Shown here: positions 39,930-54,847 of the stretch, piece after piece
How positions within the stretch are numbered: the first letter of the stretch is position 1
How the letters are laid out: every line of letters starts with the position of its first letter
Assembly: GCA_037379345.1 (NCBI GenBank)
Contig: CM074516.1
Location: forward strand, 27,528,001-27,592,000
DNA length: 64,000 nucleotides
Source of the DNA: Perna viridis
Taxonomy: Eukaryota
Direction: 5' to 3'
Position numbers and translations under genes: made by a program
Notes under the pieces: model-generated
Databases searched by the model: none
What the model saw: the letters and a program-made list of their open reading frames with translations, nothing else
Told to the model about the DNA's origin: nothing

Positions 39930-40150
39930 ATACCATTCAAGTTGACCCTGCCTGGTGCTTGACTTGACAGCACTAACACCCTGCAGGTAGGCATGTTAGC
40001 CCACTCAGACTCATAAATATATTTTTCTGTCAACCATTCATAACTCAACCTCTCATACGGCACAGGTTAGGCAGAGAAGCAGTACATGACTACCAACTTT
40101 ATAATATGGTGTGTCTTAGCCAGGGGTCAAACCCATGAACTGCCACACAT
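39930..40150 (-). mobile_element. Degenerate tRNA-derived SINE
   Basis: Minus strand has a B-box-like GGTTTGACCC near 40125-40135 followed by a SINE-like body. Confidence 0.4.
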
Positions 40151-41245
40151 GTGTGAGCATGAAGGGTTGTTTGTTTACATGTACAAATATAAGTCATGAA
40201 AAATATGTCGCTGCCACCTTTGTACTCAATTGCACTGTCATATTGATTTCTTCAGTAGTTAAGCATTTCAAAAAGCTACCCTAAACTAAAATTAGGTGAT
40301 TTTAAATGGGAAATATCAAATTCCATGGAATATACTACCTAGATTGATTTAAGTGAGATTTAATGAAATCCTTGCATGTTTTATAATGATTTACAATTCC
40401 ACAATAGTTCAAGATAAGTCGTTATTCCCTTGACTTATTTTATTTTCAGGACATAAACCATAAACTAATCTCTTTTTTCGGTTTGAATTATACAATCTGA
40501 TTATAATTAGCTGTTATAATAAGCTACACTGCTTTACATTCTATAGCATATCAACCATAAATGACAAAAAACAAATGAGAGAAAAATGTCTACATGGTCC
40601 TCAATTGAGTGGTGCAAGAATTCCCACAACAGCAGTATGCCTTGGATATGCACCTTGAAACACCTTGAAACACAAATACATGTATACAGCAAACTGGGCA
40701 TTATGCTACACCCTACTCATACATGTATATAAAAATTGAATATCAATGTTTTCAATAGCTAGCATTTAACAAAACAAGAATCCCTTGAATTATTTATTAT
40801 CTGTCAATAAAATAAGAAGACATTAATCAAAACATTGGTCTCCTTATTTAATACATCATACAATGTGGTAGAAGTTGTATTTTCCTGAATGTTCCCTTAA
40901 TGTAGGCATATTAATAGTAAACATGTACATGTATATCAATATGATACAACTGAGTGTACAAACCACGGAACAAACGATCCATATTGTACTGAAAACCCTG
41001 GGCATTTGTGTCCAAAACAGGTTATCAATACCAGATGTATTAAAACAGTATGTTCTATATTATATACTATATAGCAGTAATCATTAAAACGGAAATATGT
41101 TGGGTTTTTTTCAGTATGGTTGCTTGCTAGTGAAATTATTTGCATAGATTATTGTTTGGTCTCTGCATTTCAGGTTTTAAAAGAACCATGTGAAATGCAG
41201 CTATGAAGTGCACATCTCAAATAAGGAAAATGTATCAACTGAAAA

Positions 41246-43115
41246 GAGGAGCTGATGTAGAAAGTGATCATCAACTTGTTACAGCAAATATCAGACTCAA
41301 GCTCAGAGCAGCTGGAAAGAAAGTTACAACCACTCGTTATGATACAGAAAAACTTAACATCTTGAAGGTAAAAAATGACTTTTCAATAACACTCAAGAAT
41401 CGCTATGAAGCGTTAAATATCTTGGAAGAATAGATCATCTCCAAATTTACCTGTCAAAGACAAACAGGGTAACATATTAACCTCAGAAAGTGCTCAAGAA
41501 AAAAGGTGGACAGAACATTTTGAAGAGTTACTTAACAGGTCACCACCTTCTCAAGAACCGGAAATTAAAGATGCAGAGGTAGAGCTTGACATAGATATAG
41601 AACCACCAGAAATATCTGAAATCATAACAGCAATCAAAAGTCTGAAAAGTGGCAAAGCACCAGGTAGTGATAATCTCAATGCAGAACTCTTTAAAAACGA
41701 TCCATACCTATCCGCAAAAATTCTCCATCCCATCTTCCAAGATATCTGGAATAAGACCAAAGTACCAGATGAGTGGAACAAAGGAACCATCATAAAATTA
41801 CCAAAGAAAGGGTCATTAAATGATTGTAATAACTGGCGAGGTATTTCTTTGATTTCTATCCCAAGTAAGATACTAGCCAAAGTTGTCATCAAAAGAATTG
41901 CAAGATCTGTAGATGAATTATTGAGAAAAGAACAAGCTGGATTTAGACCAGGTAGAGGCTGCATCGACCAAATTTTCACGCTACGCAATATTATTGAGCA
42001 GAGCCCTGAATGGCAGAGACAACTCTATATTAACTTTATAGATTTTGAAAAAGCTTTTGATAGCATACATAGAGAAAGTTTATGGAAAATAATTAGATCA
42101 TACGGAATACCACAACAACTTATAGACGTCATCAAAAGTTTCTACACGAACTTCAGTCGGAAAAAACAGCGACATGTATTGCAATGTAAAAACTGGAGTC
42201 CGGTAAGGTTGTGTTATGTCATCAACACTTTTCATCATAGCCATTGATTGGGTGATGCGACAAACAACGAAAGATACACCAAAAGGCATCAGATGGAATA
42301 CCTTCTCCATCTTGGAAGATCTAGACTTTGCCGATGACATAGCTTTGCTTTCTCACACCCACCAACACATACAAGAAAAGACCAAGAAACTTCAGAATTT
42401 TGCAGGACAAATTGGGCTAAACATCAACAAAAAGAAAACCGAGGTTATGATGTTGAATGTAAACACACCAACACCTATCAAACTGCACGAACAATGTCTA
42501 CCTTTTACCAACAAATTCACATACCTCGGTAGTATAGTTACAACTGATGGAGGTACGGAGAGCGACATCCACCTTAGATTCTCAAAGGCAAGAGGAGCAT
42601 TTAATAGCTTGCAACCTGTCTGGAGATCAGGACAGTACACTATCCGCACCAAACTAAAATTGTATAACAGTTGCGTCTTGCCTATCCTGCTTTATGGGTC
42701 AGAGTGCTGGAGGATAACAGAGTTAGACCAACACAAACTCTCAACCTTTCACACCAGGAGTCTAAGGAGGATCATAAGAATATTTTGGCCTCTCAAGATC
42801 AGTAATCAGGACCTCCTTAATAGATGCCAACAAGAAGACATGGCCAACATCATTATGAAACGAAGATGGAAGTGGTTAGGACATGTTCTGCGAAAAGACC
42901 CAAAAGACAACACAAAAACAGCCCTATTCTGGACACCTGAGGGAAAACGCAGGAGAGGACGCCCAAAGATCACATGGAGACGCACCTTTGAAGCAGAAGT
43001 CAAAGAACATAAGAAGACTTGTGGCACCTTACAGAAACTTGCCAATGATAGACAAGAGTGGAGTAACTTCGTTGCTGCCCTACATGCCAGTGGCGTAAAG
43101 GACAGTAAGTAAGTA
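41246..43115 (+). mobile_element. 5'-truncated, internally deleted RTE-clade LINE
   Basis: End of APE domain RGADVESDHQLV; RT motifs KAPGSD, NWRGISL, EQAGFR, DFEKAFDS and LDFADD; RTE C-terminus RWKWLGHVLR..KRRRGRP; (TAAG)n tail; 12-bp TSD ATCAACTGAAAA at 41234-41245 and 43116-43127. Deletion at ~41430 and frameshift at ~42160. Confidence 0.93.
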
Positions 43116-44189
43116 ATCAACTGAAAATGGAGGTCTGGTTGCTCAGACCCTATCTGTGAAAAGTCATTGAGTAAGTAGTTTCCTCTTGAAAAACATAGTG
43201 AAAACTATTTTCACCATGGAGAAAATAGCACTACAGATGTTGCAATGTGCATATGTCATTGTTGGTAATTACCGTGCGCAGACTCAATAACCTATAACCA
43301 GTCAAATTAATTGAACAATCGATCAAATGAGAGTAATTACAATTCACAGAAATCAAAACAAACTGGATGAGTCCTTATCAGACAAAGATGTTTCTACTGA
43401 TGGTAAACAGTATATTATAAACATGTATATGTGTTTGACAAAAGAGAAACCTCTTGTAGTAAGCAAATTCTGTAAAATTATATATTACTGATTACCAATG
43501 GCTGTGATTAGTGTGGGAGACATCCAATTTGCCCAGATGATTGGATTTTTGCTCGGCTTATTGCCCTTTAAAGATGATGGAGACTTCCAGTAAAGGCAAA
43601 AAATGTAAAAAGAAAACTGAGTGGAATTGTATATAAAAACCAAGCAAAATGAAGAACCTAGTGGGATTTTTGGTGAAATAGTATACAACGATGTAAATTT
43701 TGTAACTAAAAATATGTTAACTAATAATAAGTGACTTGAAAGAAACAAAGTTTAAAGAAAATGATATGTGTGTATTTATCCAATCTTGCAAAACTAGATT
43801 AAAAAAAATCCTATGCGCCTTATGTTTTTGTACACATTCCTCAGAACTTGTATCGGAACATACCGAAACATTAACAATAAAAAATACAATTACAAGATTT
43901 AATGCCTCCCTTCATATTTCTAAATTATTTTATTTTCCAAAATATTAATGGTGTATTAACCTTATTTTTTTAATACAATCACTAGGTGTAGTATGCAAAG
44001 CCTCTATTTAAGAAGTATTTTGTTTTAAATGTTATGGATTGCCTGTACTATTGGATGCTTGTACAACGTAAAATACTTGATTCCATCTATGTATGAATTC
44101 CAAAACCGTTTTATTTCAAAACAATATTTCCTGTTGTTTTGAACTCAGATGAATTAGTCGAGGCTTTCAGTCATTCCCCTAAATTGTTC

Positions 44190-44650
44190 TTTGTTGTGTA
44201 TGTCTGTTTTCTATGTCTGGTCTTTGTCCCTGGATTACATTCTTTTGATTACCGCTATAACTTTGGTTCCTTTGATTACTCTCGCAGCTACCACATGATA
44301 GTTATATTGAAAAAATAGCATTTTAGTCATTAATTTTAGACCCTCATGGAAATAGAAAGTGCTGACACCCTCATACATTTTGCAAGAATATGACATTTTT
44401 GAAGAATTGTGACTCAAATTATTATGTCACTAGCACTATAAAATAGTTATATTGAAAAAAATTAGCATCTCAGTCATTAATTTTAGACCCCCATGGAAAT
44501 TAAATGTATGCACACTCATACATTTTGACTCAAACTAATGTGTCGAAGTCAGCCTCATATCTTGACCTACACTTAGAAATCGATGGTAAAGGAAAACTAT
44601 TGACCGACCTTTACGACAAACGTGATGACCTTCCATTCAAAATTGTCGAT
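44190..44650 (+). repeat. Penelope tail (44190-44283), ~145-bp tandem duplication (44298-44540) and Penelope RT fragment (44545-44647)
   Basis: Tail matches 14135-14229; RT piece matches 13577-13680; ATAGTTATATTGAAAAAA unit repeated twice. Confidence 0.8.
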
Positions 44651-45679
44651 TGGTTTACAAGTTGTTATTAACAGCGCTGTCATGTGCGATTTAAAATTGA
44701 ATCGAACCATAATTCTACTTAAACTTCGTGACGTTAGCACTGTGCTTATTAGGTGCATTTCCAGAAGTATAGACTTGCACTGTTAAATTCTTTAAATGGG
44801 CAACTGAATTTGAATTGAAGGTACTTAACGTATATATGAATTGAAGGTAATTAACGTATACATGATATTAAATTGATTGCCCGGCCAGAAAACAGCACCC
44901 TTTCACTTTTGTTTTGTTTTGTTTTGTTTTTTTCTGTATAAGAACTTTTTTATATTGTTTTATTCCTAATTATAGAAGTATTACTTACAATTAGATAGAT
45001 CTGAAAAGAGTAGTTAAAATTCGAAACTTAAATATAAGTATGATACCTATATAAACAAAGTTAAACTATAACAAAGGTTATGGAACTTTACACTTACTTG
45101 ATTTTGTCACCTAGCAGTGCATGTACGTACCCTCTAACCCTTTCAGATCTGACATAACTATATTGGGAGCTAATTAAGCATATGCATAGTTTTGTATTAT
45201 GTCATCTTCTTGTGTATAGAGTTTGTCTTAGTTTTTCTGTTAGTCTATATACATACCTACTGTAACTTTGACATCTAAAAAGGAAATGAGATATAGCTCT
45301 TTCAATTTGACATGAAAAGAGATAAGTTGTCCTTTTGAATAAATTACCAATGCATAGGTCTTTTATTTCCAATAATATTTACTCAGAAAAAAAATCAAAC
45401 CCGTCTGATTTTTAATATTAGATGTTGTGTACCAGCTTCAAATGTATAAATAAAACTTGGAATAGGTGAATGAATAAAGCAAAGCCTACAAGTGTATCTG
45501 TATCATATAATAAGTTAAGGGAATGAAAGTTTAATGACGCATTACTATTATCATTACTATTTGTATTATTATTGTCATTATAGTCACGACTTACAATTGT
45601 ATACATATTGCATTCTTACCTAATGTACGTGCTCTTGTCAAATGTTACCTTTTTTATTTTATTGATTACACCAACCGAC

Positions 45680-47868
45680 CTTGAACAATGAGTTGTCCCA
45701 TGTTTTGCCCTCTGCAAACCTCACAAATAGTCGGCCGATATGGTTACTCCTCTATAATTTCAAAGCAAGGTAGTGGTGATTTTAACATTTTATTCTGAAT
45801 TTCTCAATACTGTTTTCCGTTCAATTCAAGATTCAAGACCACGGTATGGAATGAAAGAAATACCGTCTATATTTCAATGCATACCAAACGGTAAGCTTCA
45901 CTTATATGCACTACATCTTCGATATTTAAACTCTGAATTTCTATGACGTCTGCATGACATCATTTATTTACAATATGTACCGCACACAACTCTGAACTGG
46001 ACAATTTATTTAGTTCTTTTGAAATGTAATGTAGACTAGATTCACTGTGTTAAATAGGTTGGAAAAACAGTAGCGTCATTTGTGACAAATAAAAGAGAAT
46101 TGCACTTTGTATCTAAGTTAAACGTATATAAATCAAACAAACTGTAAAGTCGTAAAGAGTTTAGGGTAAGGCAGATTTCAATGTACTATTCATATCTAGT
46201 TTCTTAATGCTTTTTACTCTAACTTACTTATGGTATGTCTGATTCAGAAGATTGAATTGGCTGGACAATTTACCTTTCAAACATTCCTTTCTAAATTTCA
46301 TAACTTTTTTTGTTATAAATATTTTTTTCAGCTGCTGATATTAATTTGTCTTAGTTAACTTTAAAAAAAATGCATTTTCCGTACTTACCCCATTCAGTCT
46401 GGTAGGCAACGAGTACATTGTCCAAATAGTCGGCTGATAAGAATTTTGTACATCTGTAGCGGAATGAGTTTCTTTTCCCCGGGAATAAAGACCTAAAGTT
46501 ATCAAATATAAATATATACGATATTTCATGTAGCCATTCGAGAACATATTTTTGTAATTCGTGGGACTATTGAAGTATGGAAAACTAAGGAAGATAAATA
46601 TTAGATTGCATGTACAAAACATGGAGAGGACTTTTATAAGTTAAAATAACGTTTGTCAAGATTCAAGCGACCACAGTAATTTAAATATCAATATTTAACA
46701 CCTAAACACAACTATTCCTTTGCATAACTACCAGTTTTTTTCAGTATTGAATCTAAGTACATCATACTTCAACCTAATTTCTACAGGATTATACAGAAAC
46801 CATGAATCGACTCAAATCTGTTTAACATTTATCTGCTTAAGATAATCATCAATTTCAGCTGTTGTAATCTAGTTTCTAACTGGAGTTCATGTTTTACCTT
46901 TGCTAGGAACCCTATATTTTTTAGTGGTCACATTTTGTAGATGTGAGACAAAAGCAAAAATATTGAAAACGTTACAGATTGTCAGGACAAAATTATTATC
47001 TATTGTTCTATAGGCTTTTGTTCGTCAAAAAAGGAAATATGTATTTCTGAAGAAGGTCCGAATTTCTTGTTGGATTTTTGCATTTGATATATTATGGTTA
47101 CTGTGATACAGAAGTCGGGAAAACAAATTTTAAAAAAAATTAAAAGTGTAGGCAAACAAATTTACTTTTCACTGTGAAAAGGCACTTACTTGTAATCGTA
47201 ATTTTGCACGATATGTCTTAATAAGACGATTTATGGCAAGCTAAACAATAGCTGAAAACAAACATGAATCGTTGATACAGATATGTCAAAATAATTAACA
47301 GTACACCAGGGTCATGTATAACAGAGATCTAAGTCAAATACTTACCAATTTAGTTATACTTGAAGCGATTCCAGTCAAGGAAAATAAAATCTCGATTCAT
47401 GATTGCTTTCTCCCAAGACAATGTATAAAAACTAAATGTATATGCATGCTCTTGCATATTGCAGGTCTAACATCAACGTTTTAAATAGCAGATTTGTTTC
47501 GGCAAACTATTCAAAATAAATTAAAAGAACAGAAATTTCAAAACTACATGTTCAAAAAGATGCAAGCATCTTCTTTTGGGGGTGATTCAATATAAGAGTT
47601 TTTGTCACTGAGAATTCGAAGTTTCTCAAATGTTGGCAATTTTACCTCTGTACATTGAATTCACCGGATTCATCGACAAGTTCATAAGTTCTCTGTAAAG
47701 AGCCATTTCTTCTTATTGTTATAATTGTAGGATCGTTGCAACTGACAAAACCGATATCTCCAAACAGAACTTTTACAGGATGTTTTCCATAAACACGGTT
47801 CTGACGAGCACAAGGCAGTGCGTACATATCACTGTAATTTGGTAAAGACCTGGCTTTCCACCTGACAC
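45680..47868 (-). pseudogene. Paralogue 1 of an unrecognised Cys-containing protein gene (3 exons, in-frame stop)
   Basis: Exons 47868-47646, 46492-46389 and 45751-45680, phase-compatible. They read GVRWKARSLPNY...ELVDESGEFNVQR, SLFPGKRNSFRYRCTKFLSADYLDNVLVAYQTEW and EE*PYRPTICEVCRGQ. TAA at 45746-45744. Confidence 0.8.
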
Positions 47869-48877
47869 CTTTTGTGTAAAATATAGTTTAATTAAGAATC
47901 TCCATGTATTCCCTCTTTTCTAGCATAATATATAAAACAGTTCAATCAAGTTATATGGAAATCCAGTATTGTACATTTTATAGGGACAAATGTAATTCAT
48001 GTACAATTGCAAATAAAGAGTAATTACAAAATTATGGAACTAATACACTTTAGGTGATAGTCAAAAGGAAGAGACAAAAAGGAAAAGCCTGTATAACAAT
48101 TAGCAATTTCAAGGTTAAAAAAGGAAGGTTGGAAAAGGTCCAAAAATAGTAAAATAACCAATCAAAACAATACAGCATATATAACCAATAAGTCAATATA
48201 ATGGGCAAATAAATAAATTTAAAACATAAGTAATACCATGAAGTCACCAACTTCAAAATTAGTGTTGACGTTTGGCTTAAAGACACATTAAGTTCAAGAT
48301 GAACATAGTATACAAATGATAGTTACGGAAAATAAAACCTCTATACAGGTTATAATTGTAAGAGAAAAAGAAGAACACATATTTTGTTATGATGATATCA
48401 CAACTTTAAACTGTCTTAGAAATTTGCCATATCTTTAACGCTGGTTGTTTGATTAATGTACCATCTTTTATGCATGTGTGGGTCATACATTATGCTAGTT
48501 AAGTAGTATGCCAGCTAAAAATGATGCAAAATGTGATTCATGTTTGGAAAGTCTACACATTTTTGTTTAAAACGTTGTAGTAAACAGAATGCAATATGTG
48601 GCTTTTCATATAACCCCTATTCATAGGAGATATGAAATATAAAAAAATGTACTGTAAAATACATAATTAAGGGAGATAATGTTGTAAACCTCTGACCTTT
48701 TAAGGAATGGATGAATGTTTTTGTCTAATCTGTTTCTGTTGCGAAGATAAAATTCTCGGTCATGCGTACTTTTACTTTAGACCTGACTGTTGGGATGAAA
48801 AAATCCTTCAAAGAAGACCATTAAACAGTTCTGTTAAAATATTAATTCAATTTTGAATACATAAATGTACAAGGGTA

Positions 48878-49175
48878 AGAGTAATTAAGGAAACCAAGAT
48901 TCAACGGAAATCAAAATGATGTAATGCAGGGACAAAGACCAGACATGGAAAACGAACACGATAAAGAACTTAAAGTAACTAAAATAGTACATACAAAGTA
49001 ACAAAAGCAAATGAGCAACTCGTAATCCACTAAAACAGGGAGCATGGATCAGCTTCACCGGTAGAATAAGCGTCCTCTGATTTTCTAGAAACACCATCCG
49101 AGTTGCTGGTAGCGGAAAGACGAAAGGAAAACTATGACACGCTGAACAAATAAGTTTTCATGGCGCAGATGGATA
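48878..49175 (-). mobile_element. Penelope-like element 3' fragment
   Basis: Reverse complement of ~13905-14229. Confidence 0.85.
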
Positions 49176-50972
49176 AGAGTGTACAGTAAATCCCTATAGC
49201 GAAGTTATAAAAGAATTGTATAGTATATATGAAATGTTAAGTTAATTGGAATATGTTAACACCCATTGTCCCTAACTTGATGACGTATATCCACACTCAC
49301 AGGTCCTTTTCTTATAAAAATCAGAAATCGGTTTTGCTCCGGTTTATGTTATGCATGAATAGGCTTAACGGAACTACGATATTCTATCCTCATATAATTT
49401 TTTACAAAGAATAAAGCTTATGGGTTTAAAATTGTGTGCTATGAACTAAGAAATATATAAAAATCATTTTAATAGATATCCAGTATAATGACAAACGGTT
49501 ACTGTTTCATTGATGAGCATGCCAATTTTTCTACCATATGTTTAAATTAATTTGTGATAAACTTTTGTTTCTAAATATCATATATCGGAGGCGTTTTTTG
49601 AGCAACTCAGCAGTTTGTTTGTTTTTTTTAGAAAAGAAAAGGACGCTTACCTTACCGTTACGCCTGGTCCATGATCCCAGTTTATAGTCCAAGTTGATCA
49701 TTGGTTAATATCTATCTTTATTTAATGTCTGTACGTTATGCATATCATTATCATATCACATGATACAACTTCAGTGATATTATGATACTAACATTTCGAC
49801 ATTATAATAGGTGAACTAATTGTTTAGAGAAACGTTTGTCCAATTTTATATGACACGGAAAATATGCATGCAGTAAATTGATAACTAAAGGATATTTTAA
49901 TCAGACATTTTAACCTTAGATTGATCTTTGCACAGACAAATTTGTGAAAAATAACATAATTTATTTTTAGGAAAATAAGGCCTTACTGCAAGAAGTAACT
50001 AATCGAGTGAACGAAGCGCAGTTGGCAAACTTTTCTGGCAGCAATCGTCTCTTTATAAAATCCCTCCGTTGAAAGTGAGTGTCTGTTGATACCCAAATCC
50101 TAAGATACCATTAAAATACATGGTTAATAAATCAAAGAGAATAGCCTCAAAACCAAAAGTATAAACGATAAGAAAGTTGGCAAATAACTTCACCGGTAAT
50201 ACCATAAAAAAAACAAAAACAAACACAAAAAAAAAACAAAAAAAAAACGGAAAACAAACCATACAACAAACGAAACACACAAAAGGCACACTATGAACAG
50301 AAAACGGCAAGAATCTCATAAAAGATTAATAAGTAGACAACATTTGAAAACCGAGATCCATCAGATTGAATATCAATGTTATTTAAAACATATAGTTCGA
50401 GTGGTAACAACGAATTAGAGCTAGGGTTACTAAAGCCAACTTCCATTATAAATACGAAAACAAGGTACACAAAATTACAAATTAAAGAAACAATGGCAAG
50501 TATTCTCTACTGTCCATTAAAAGAAAAATGGACATCCATGACAAACTGTACTGCACTGGTGGACATTTCATAGGACATGTGTTACCTGATTCTAGTGTAT
50601 TCAAAATAGTTCATATGTTGACTATGGTAAGTTTTTCAGTAATTCATTATCAATCCGTTTTAACTATATTTGGTAGGTTTCATCAAAGAACAATTCAATC
50701 AATATCGTTACACTCATCGATAATTGATTAAGTTAAGATTGTACAATCTTCTATTGTCTTGTTGTGACGAATGTACAATTATATACTCTAGCAAAATTTG
50801 ATTAATATAATATGATAAACACATTTCATAAATGTATAATTTTCAAATGGTATAATGAAAAAACAACATACTCAAAGGGTAACAAAGGGTACATAACTCA
50901 TTCATATTATTTATCCAGCAATGACAATACAAATCACAAGACTATGATATGAGCGAGGAACGGGATAAACAT

Positions 50973-51187
50973 TACTCTAAATGAATTAATTTTTGCGGTG
51001 TACAAACTCTCGCTATTTTCACGTTGGACTGAAAAGAGTGAAAATTGGAACCCGCAAAATTGATTTATGACACTATGTAATACAAATAATTGTTTTAAAC
51101 CGCGAAAATTATTGATATTCGCTAATAGTCTACTTGACAGAATCCACAAAAATTAGTAAACCGCGAAAATTAATACGACAACTGTAT
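50973..51187. mobile_element. Degenerate Tc1/mariner-type MITE; a related copy lies at ~53536-53725
   Basis: TAC..TAAA start, repeated CGCGAAAATT subterminal motifs, ..TGTA end. Confidence 0.45.
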
Positions 51188-52744
51188 ACAGACAACAATA
51201 TAAGACCAAGTTAAGGACAAAGCAGCCTTAATACACAAACTTAAGAAAATAAACGGTATTGACAAAATTGGTGTGTTGATTCGCACATTCTACATTCCCA
51301 GTAGTAGAGCAAATATTGAGTAGATATCTGAGGTCGTAATTTATTGAAGGAATAGGCAGTTGATCATGTCTTTAGTATACTCATCTTCGTGTAAGCTACA
51401 AAGCGGGATTAAGTTATCAGCATTTACGTGCCTGGACCTTTGAAAGAATGAACAAAGAAACTGAAGAACAAATGAGTAACCCGAACTCTATTACCAACTG
51501 GGAATATAGAAAGTCACCTTCAATTAGTCAATTGTGACTTTTTTTGTGTTTTTTGTGTTTTTTTTTACCTGTACAAAATAGAAAGCTATAAAAAAAAAAC
51601 TGAGGGTTTTTCAATCTACATTTCCATTTCATACATAACTACAGTGTTTTTGGAGCAAAAATTCTTTCATCTCCTACTTAGATTAACAAAAGCAAGAACG
51701 ATAACTCGTGAGAAGTGGCAACTTCATTTACAATTCTAAATAATATTTATTTCAAAAGTGCAAAATCTAAATGGTGGGTTTTAACATGCGTGAATCACCT
51801 TTCGTATCATATTTATAAAATAAACTGCTCCTTACATTTTACACAGTACGTTTATTTGTTTGATATTATCAGAATGTTAAATTTTGTCATTAATTACACC
51901 ATATATCACTTTTTAGACATTGCTTGTGAAGTGTAATACGAAATGAATGATAAGGTAGTCTTGTGGACATTTTTTTTTACATTTTTGATAGATGCCATAA
52001 CGATCTTAACTACAAACACGTATTTTACAGACTGTTATTCAGATTTATTAGTATAAGATCATAAACATCAACATGCAATATTTTCACCATTTAAATAATA
52101 TGCGTAACCTAAGTTTCTACACGACTGTTTTTATTATAGGTGTTTGCTCAGCGCAAGTTTTAGAAGTCTTAAGGAACCTCATTGAACTATTTGGTGTATG
52201 TCTCTTGTGTATGTATATCTATCTCAGAACTTGTTCAGGAGTGTGTCGAGACGTTAACGGTTGCGTTTTTGTTAAGAATGATCAGTTGTACCTAGACTAC
52301 AGGAGATTCGTGTATTATTAAATTAATGTAGAAAAAAGAAACAATAAAAAGTACAATTCTAATGCCCCTCTAAACTTTACTAAATTATGTAAATTATGAT
52401 CAATCAGAGTAGTATGTAAAGCCTCTGTGTTTAAGAGATACTTTGTTTTCAATTTTATGGCTGCCTGTACTATTGAATGTATAATACTCGATTCCACCTA
52501 TGTATGAATTACAAAACCCTCTTACTTCTAAACAGTTTTATTTACATTGTTTCGAACTCGGATGAATTAAAAATTTCGTCGAGGCTTTTTAACGAAAAAT
52601 AAATATTGTTCTAGTAAATTTGTTGAATTTTAACTACATGATTAACACACGATAGTAACATATCCATTTCGACTCCATATGACATTAGCGCTAAATCAAG
52701 TATAATTCTGTATCCTTTATATGTAATAAAGTATTTTGTTAAAT

Positions 52745-52928
52745 AAACATGACAAGACTATTACCTCGCTAAAACACATTATCCTGACTCCAGACAAATC
52801 ACCACTCTATCTCCTATGTACAGTGTGCTTGGTAGAAACTGTGAGTTTCAGAAATAACTAAGTCGAGGATTACACCTATAAATTTCCGCACCCGAGTACC
52901 ACGAGACCGCGAGACCACCGGGACGGGT
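52745..52928 (-). mobile_element. Degenerate tRNA-derived SINE
   Basis: Minus strand begins ACCCGTCCCGGTGGTCTCGCGGT (A-box-like); the body includes GAGTCAGGATAATGTG. Confidence 0.5.
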
Positions 52929-54847
52929 TCTTACAAAAGATAAGTGAGTCAGTTACGGCAGATTATTTAAAAAAAATAAATGGAAACCACGACATAATTA
53001 TACAATAAGTGATACGTATGAGTGGCTGATAATTACAAGTTAGCATTGTGATTTCAACTCATAGTACTGCAGTTTTGAGACTTTGCGCCCAGTCCGTATT
53101 TGTATGACAAAAACTCATACGATTCCATTTTTCGTGTTCTAGCCAAATATTTGGATTTTTACTTATATGAATTGTTCCCACTTGGTACTGATACGTAATA
53201 TATCGTTCAAACACTGTGGCAGACTTCAAATATTCATATCTTTAAGAAATCAATGAATATATCATTAGAATAAAATTTACTAATGATGATGTATCATACA
53301 TATAAAACAGCTTTATCAGTCGATTTGAATGATATATGTTGTCTCTAAGGTGGTTTGTTTTAAACTTAACTAGGGTTCAAAAGGAATAATGTGCACGTAC
53401 TTTTTATTTGTTGTTGTCATTCAATTCGGATTTGTTACATGTACATCAACAGGTATTTTTTTTTATTTCTATTATATCTGACCATAAGTCATTGTATTCA
53501 TATTTCATATTACATTTTGTCTTTTGACAAAACTATACCGTAAAATAACGTAAGCGTATAAATTTTCGCGTATTCTGTTAAGTGAACACATTGGCGTGTA
53601 TCACGTCTTGTGGTTTCATGACAAAGATAAGCGTTACATAATGTTAAGAATCAATTTTGTAGGATAATATTTCGCGTTTTCCTGTCCACCGTAAAAAAAT
53701 ATCGAAAATTGGAACAACCCGAAAATTAATTCGTTTATACCTGTAGTAACTATTCTGTTCTTATGTGTAAATTTTGATAAAATTGATTGTAATATAAATT
53801 TTAGAAAATGGTAATTTTAAACTCTTAGTCACACTATCAATTATTCTTGGGAAACTATATATCTGCAATATGGGAATAATATCTATTCAACTTACAACGA
53901 TTTATAACTTGGCTGTGGAACAATATATTACACTAGGCACACATTCAACTTACAAATAAAAGGAGAAGTTTGTAGACCATTGGATTTCGTGAATTCATGT
54001 TCATTTAATTTATTTGTCAATTAATTAAACACAAAAACATCCTTGATGAATTTAACTGATAAAATGAGAATGACAAAGGCTTCATTATCTAACGTCTTGT
54101 ATACAACTGCCTACGTACAATCTAACAGCCTGTTAAATACAACGTAAATTTAAGCCTTACATAGACCTTAATGCGCCCATATACCTGTGCACTTCTGTGA
54201 GGCCAAAGACATTAAAACTTCAAACCTAAATACAAATGTATATACAGAAAAGTGCAAAGCATGCTTAAACGTATATATTTAATGTACAATTGTATTTCCT
54301 ATTGATTATAATACTTAGTTGTAGATTTAGTACATGGTTTTTATACTAGTAAGTAAATAGAGCATCTGTTAAATTCAAATGAGTACTAGTGTTGAAATTT
54401 GCATTCTGAACATGAGATTGCAAATATAATGCAATAGTGTACGTAGAATATACATTCATAAGGCAAATAGTTATGATATTGTTGTCAAATTGTTTAGGAT
54501 ATCCTTTTTTGATGCTAACATTGATTCGCTCGTAGGAATTAAAACTATATTTAAAAGCGGTGTTTGGTATGACATAGGTTGTGTCTTAAGTGTATATTGC
54601 ACCGTGGTTCTCAACCCCGCATTGGAAGATTAGGGTTTGCCTTTACATACAATAGAAGCCCAACTTGTTTTAGGTTTAAAATGGTCTGGCGCTGGCATGT
54701 CAGTTTACTGCTAGTATTTGTACATTTGTGTAATATATATTTAGTTTTTTTATTTTTTCCGTTGTAACAATCACTCTGGCCTTTTTGAACTGATTATTAG
54801 GTATGCTTAGTTGTTTAATAATTACCACAATGGCCAGATTTTAAAGG

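Noticed and set aside
41551-43120. Antisense ORFs over the RTE element
   Set aside because: Shadow frames of the LINE coding strand.
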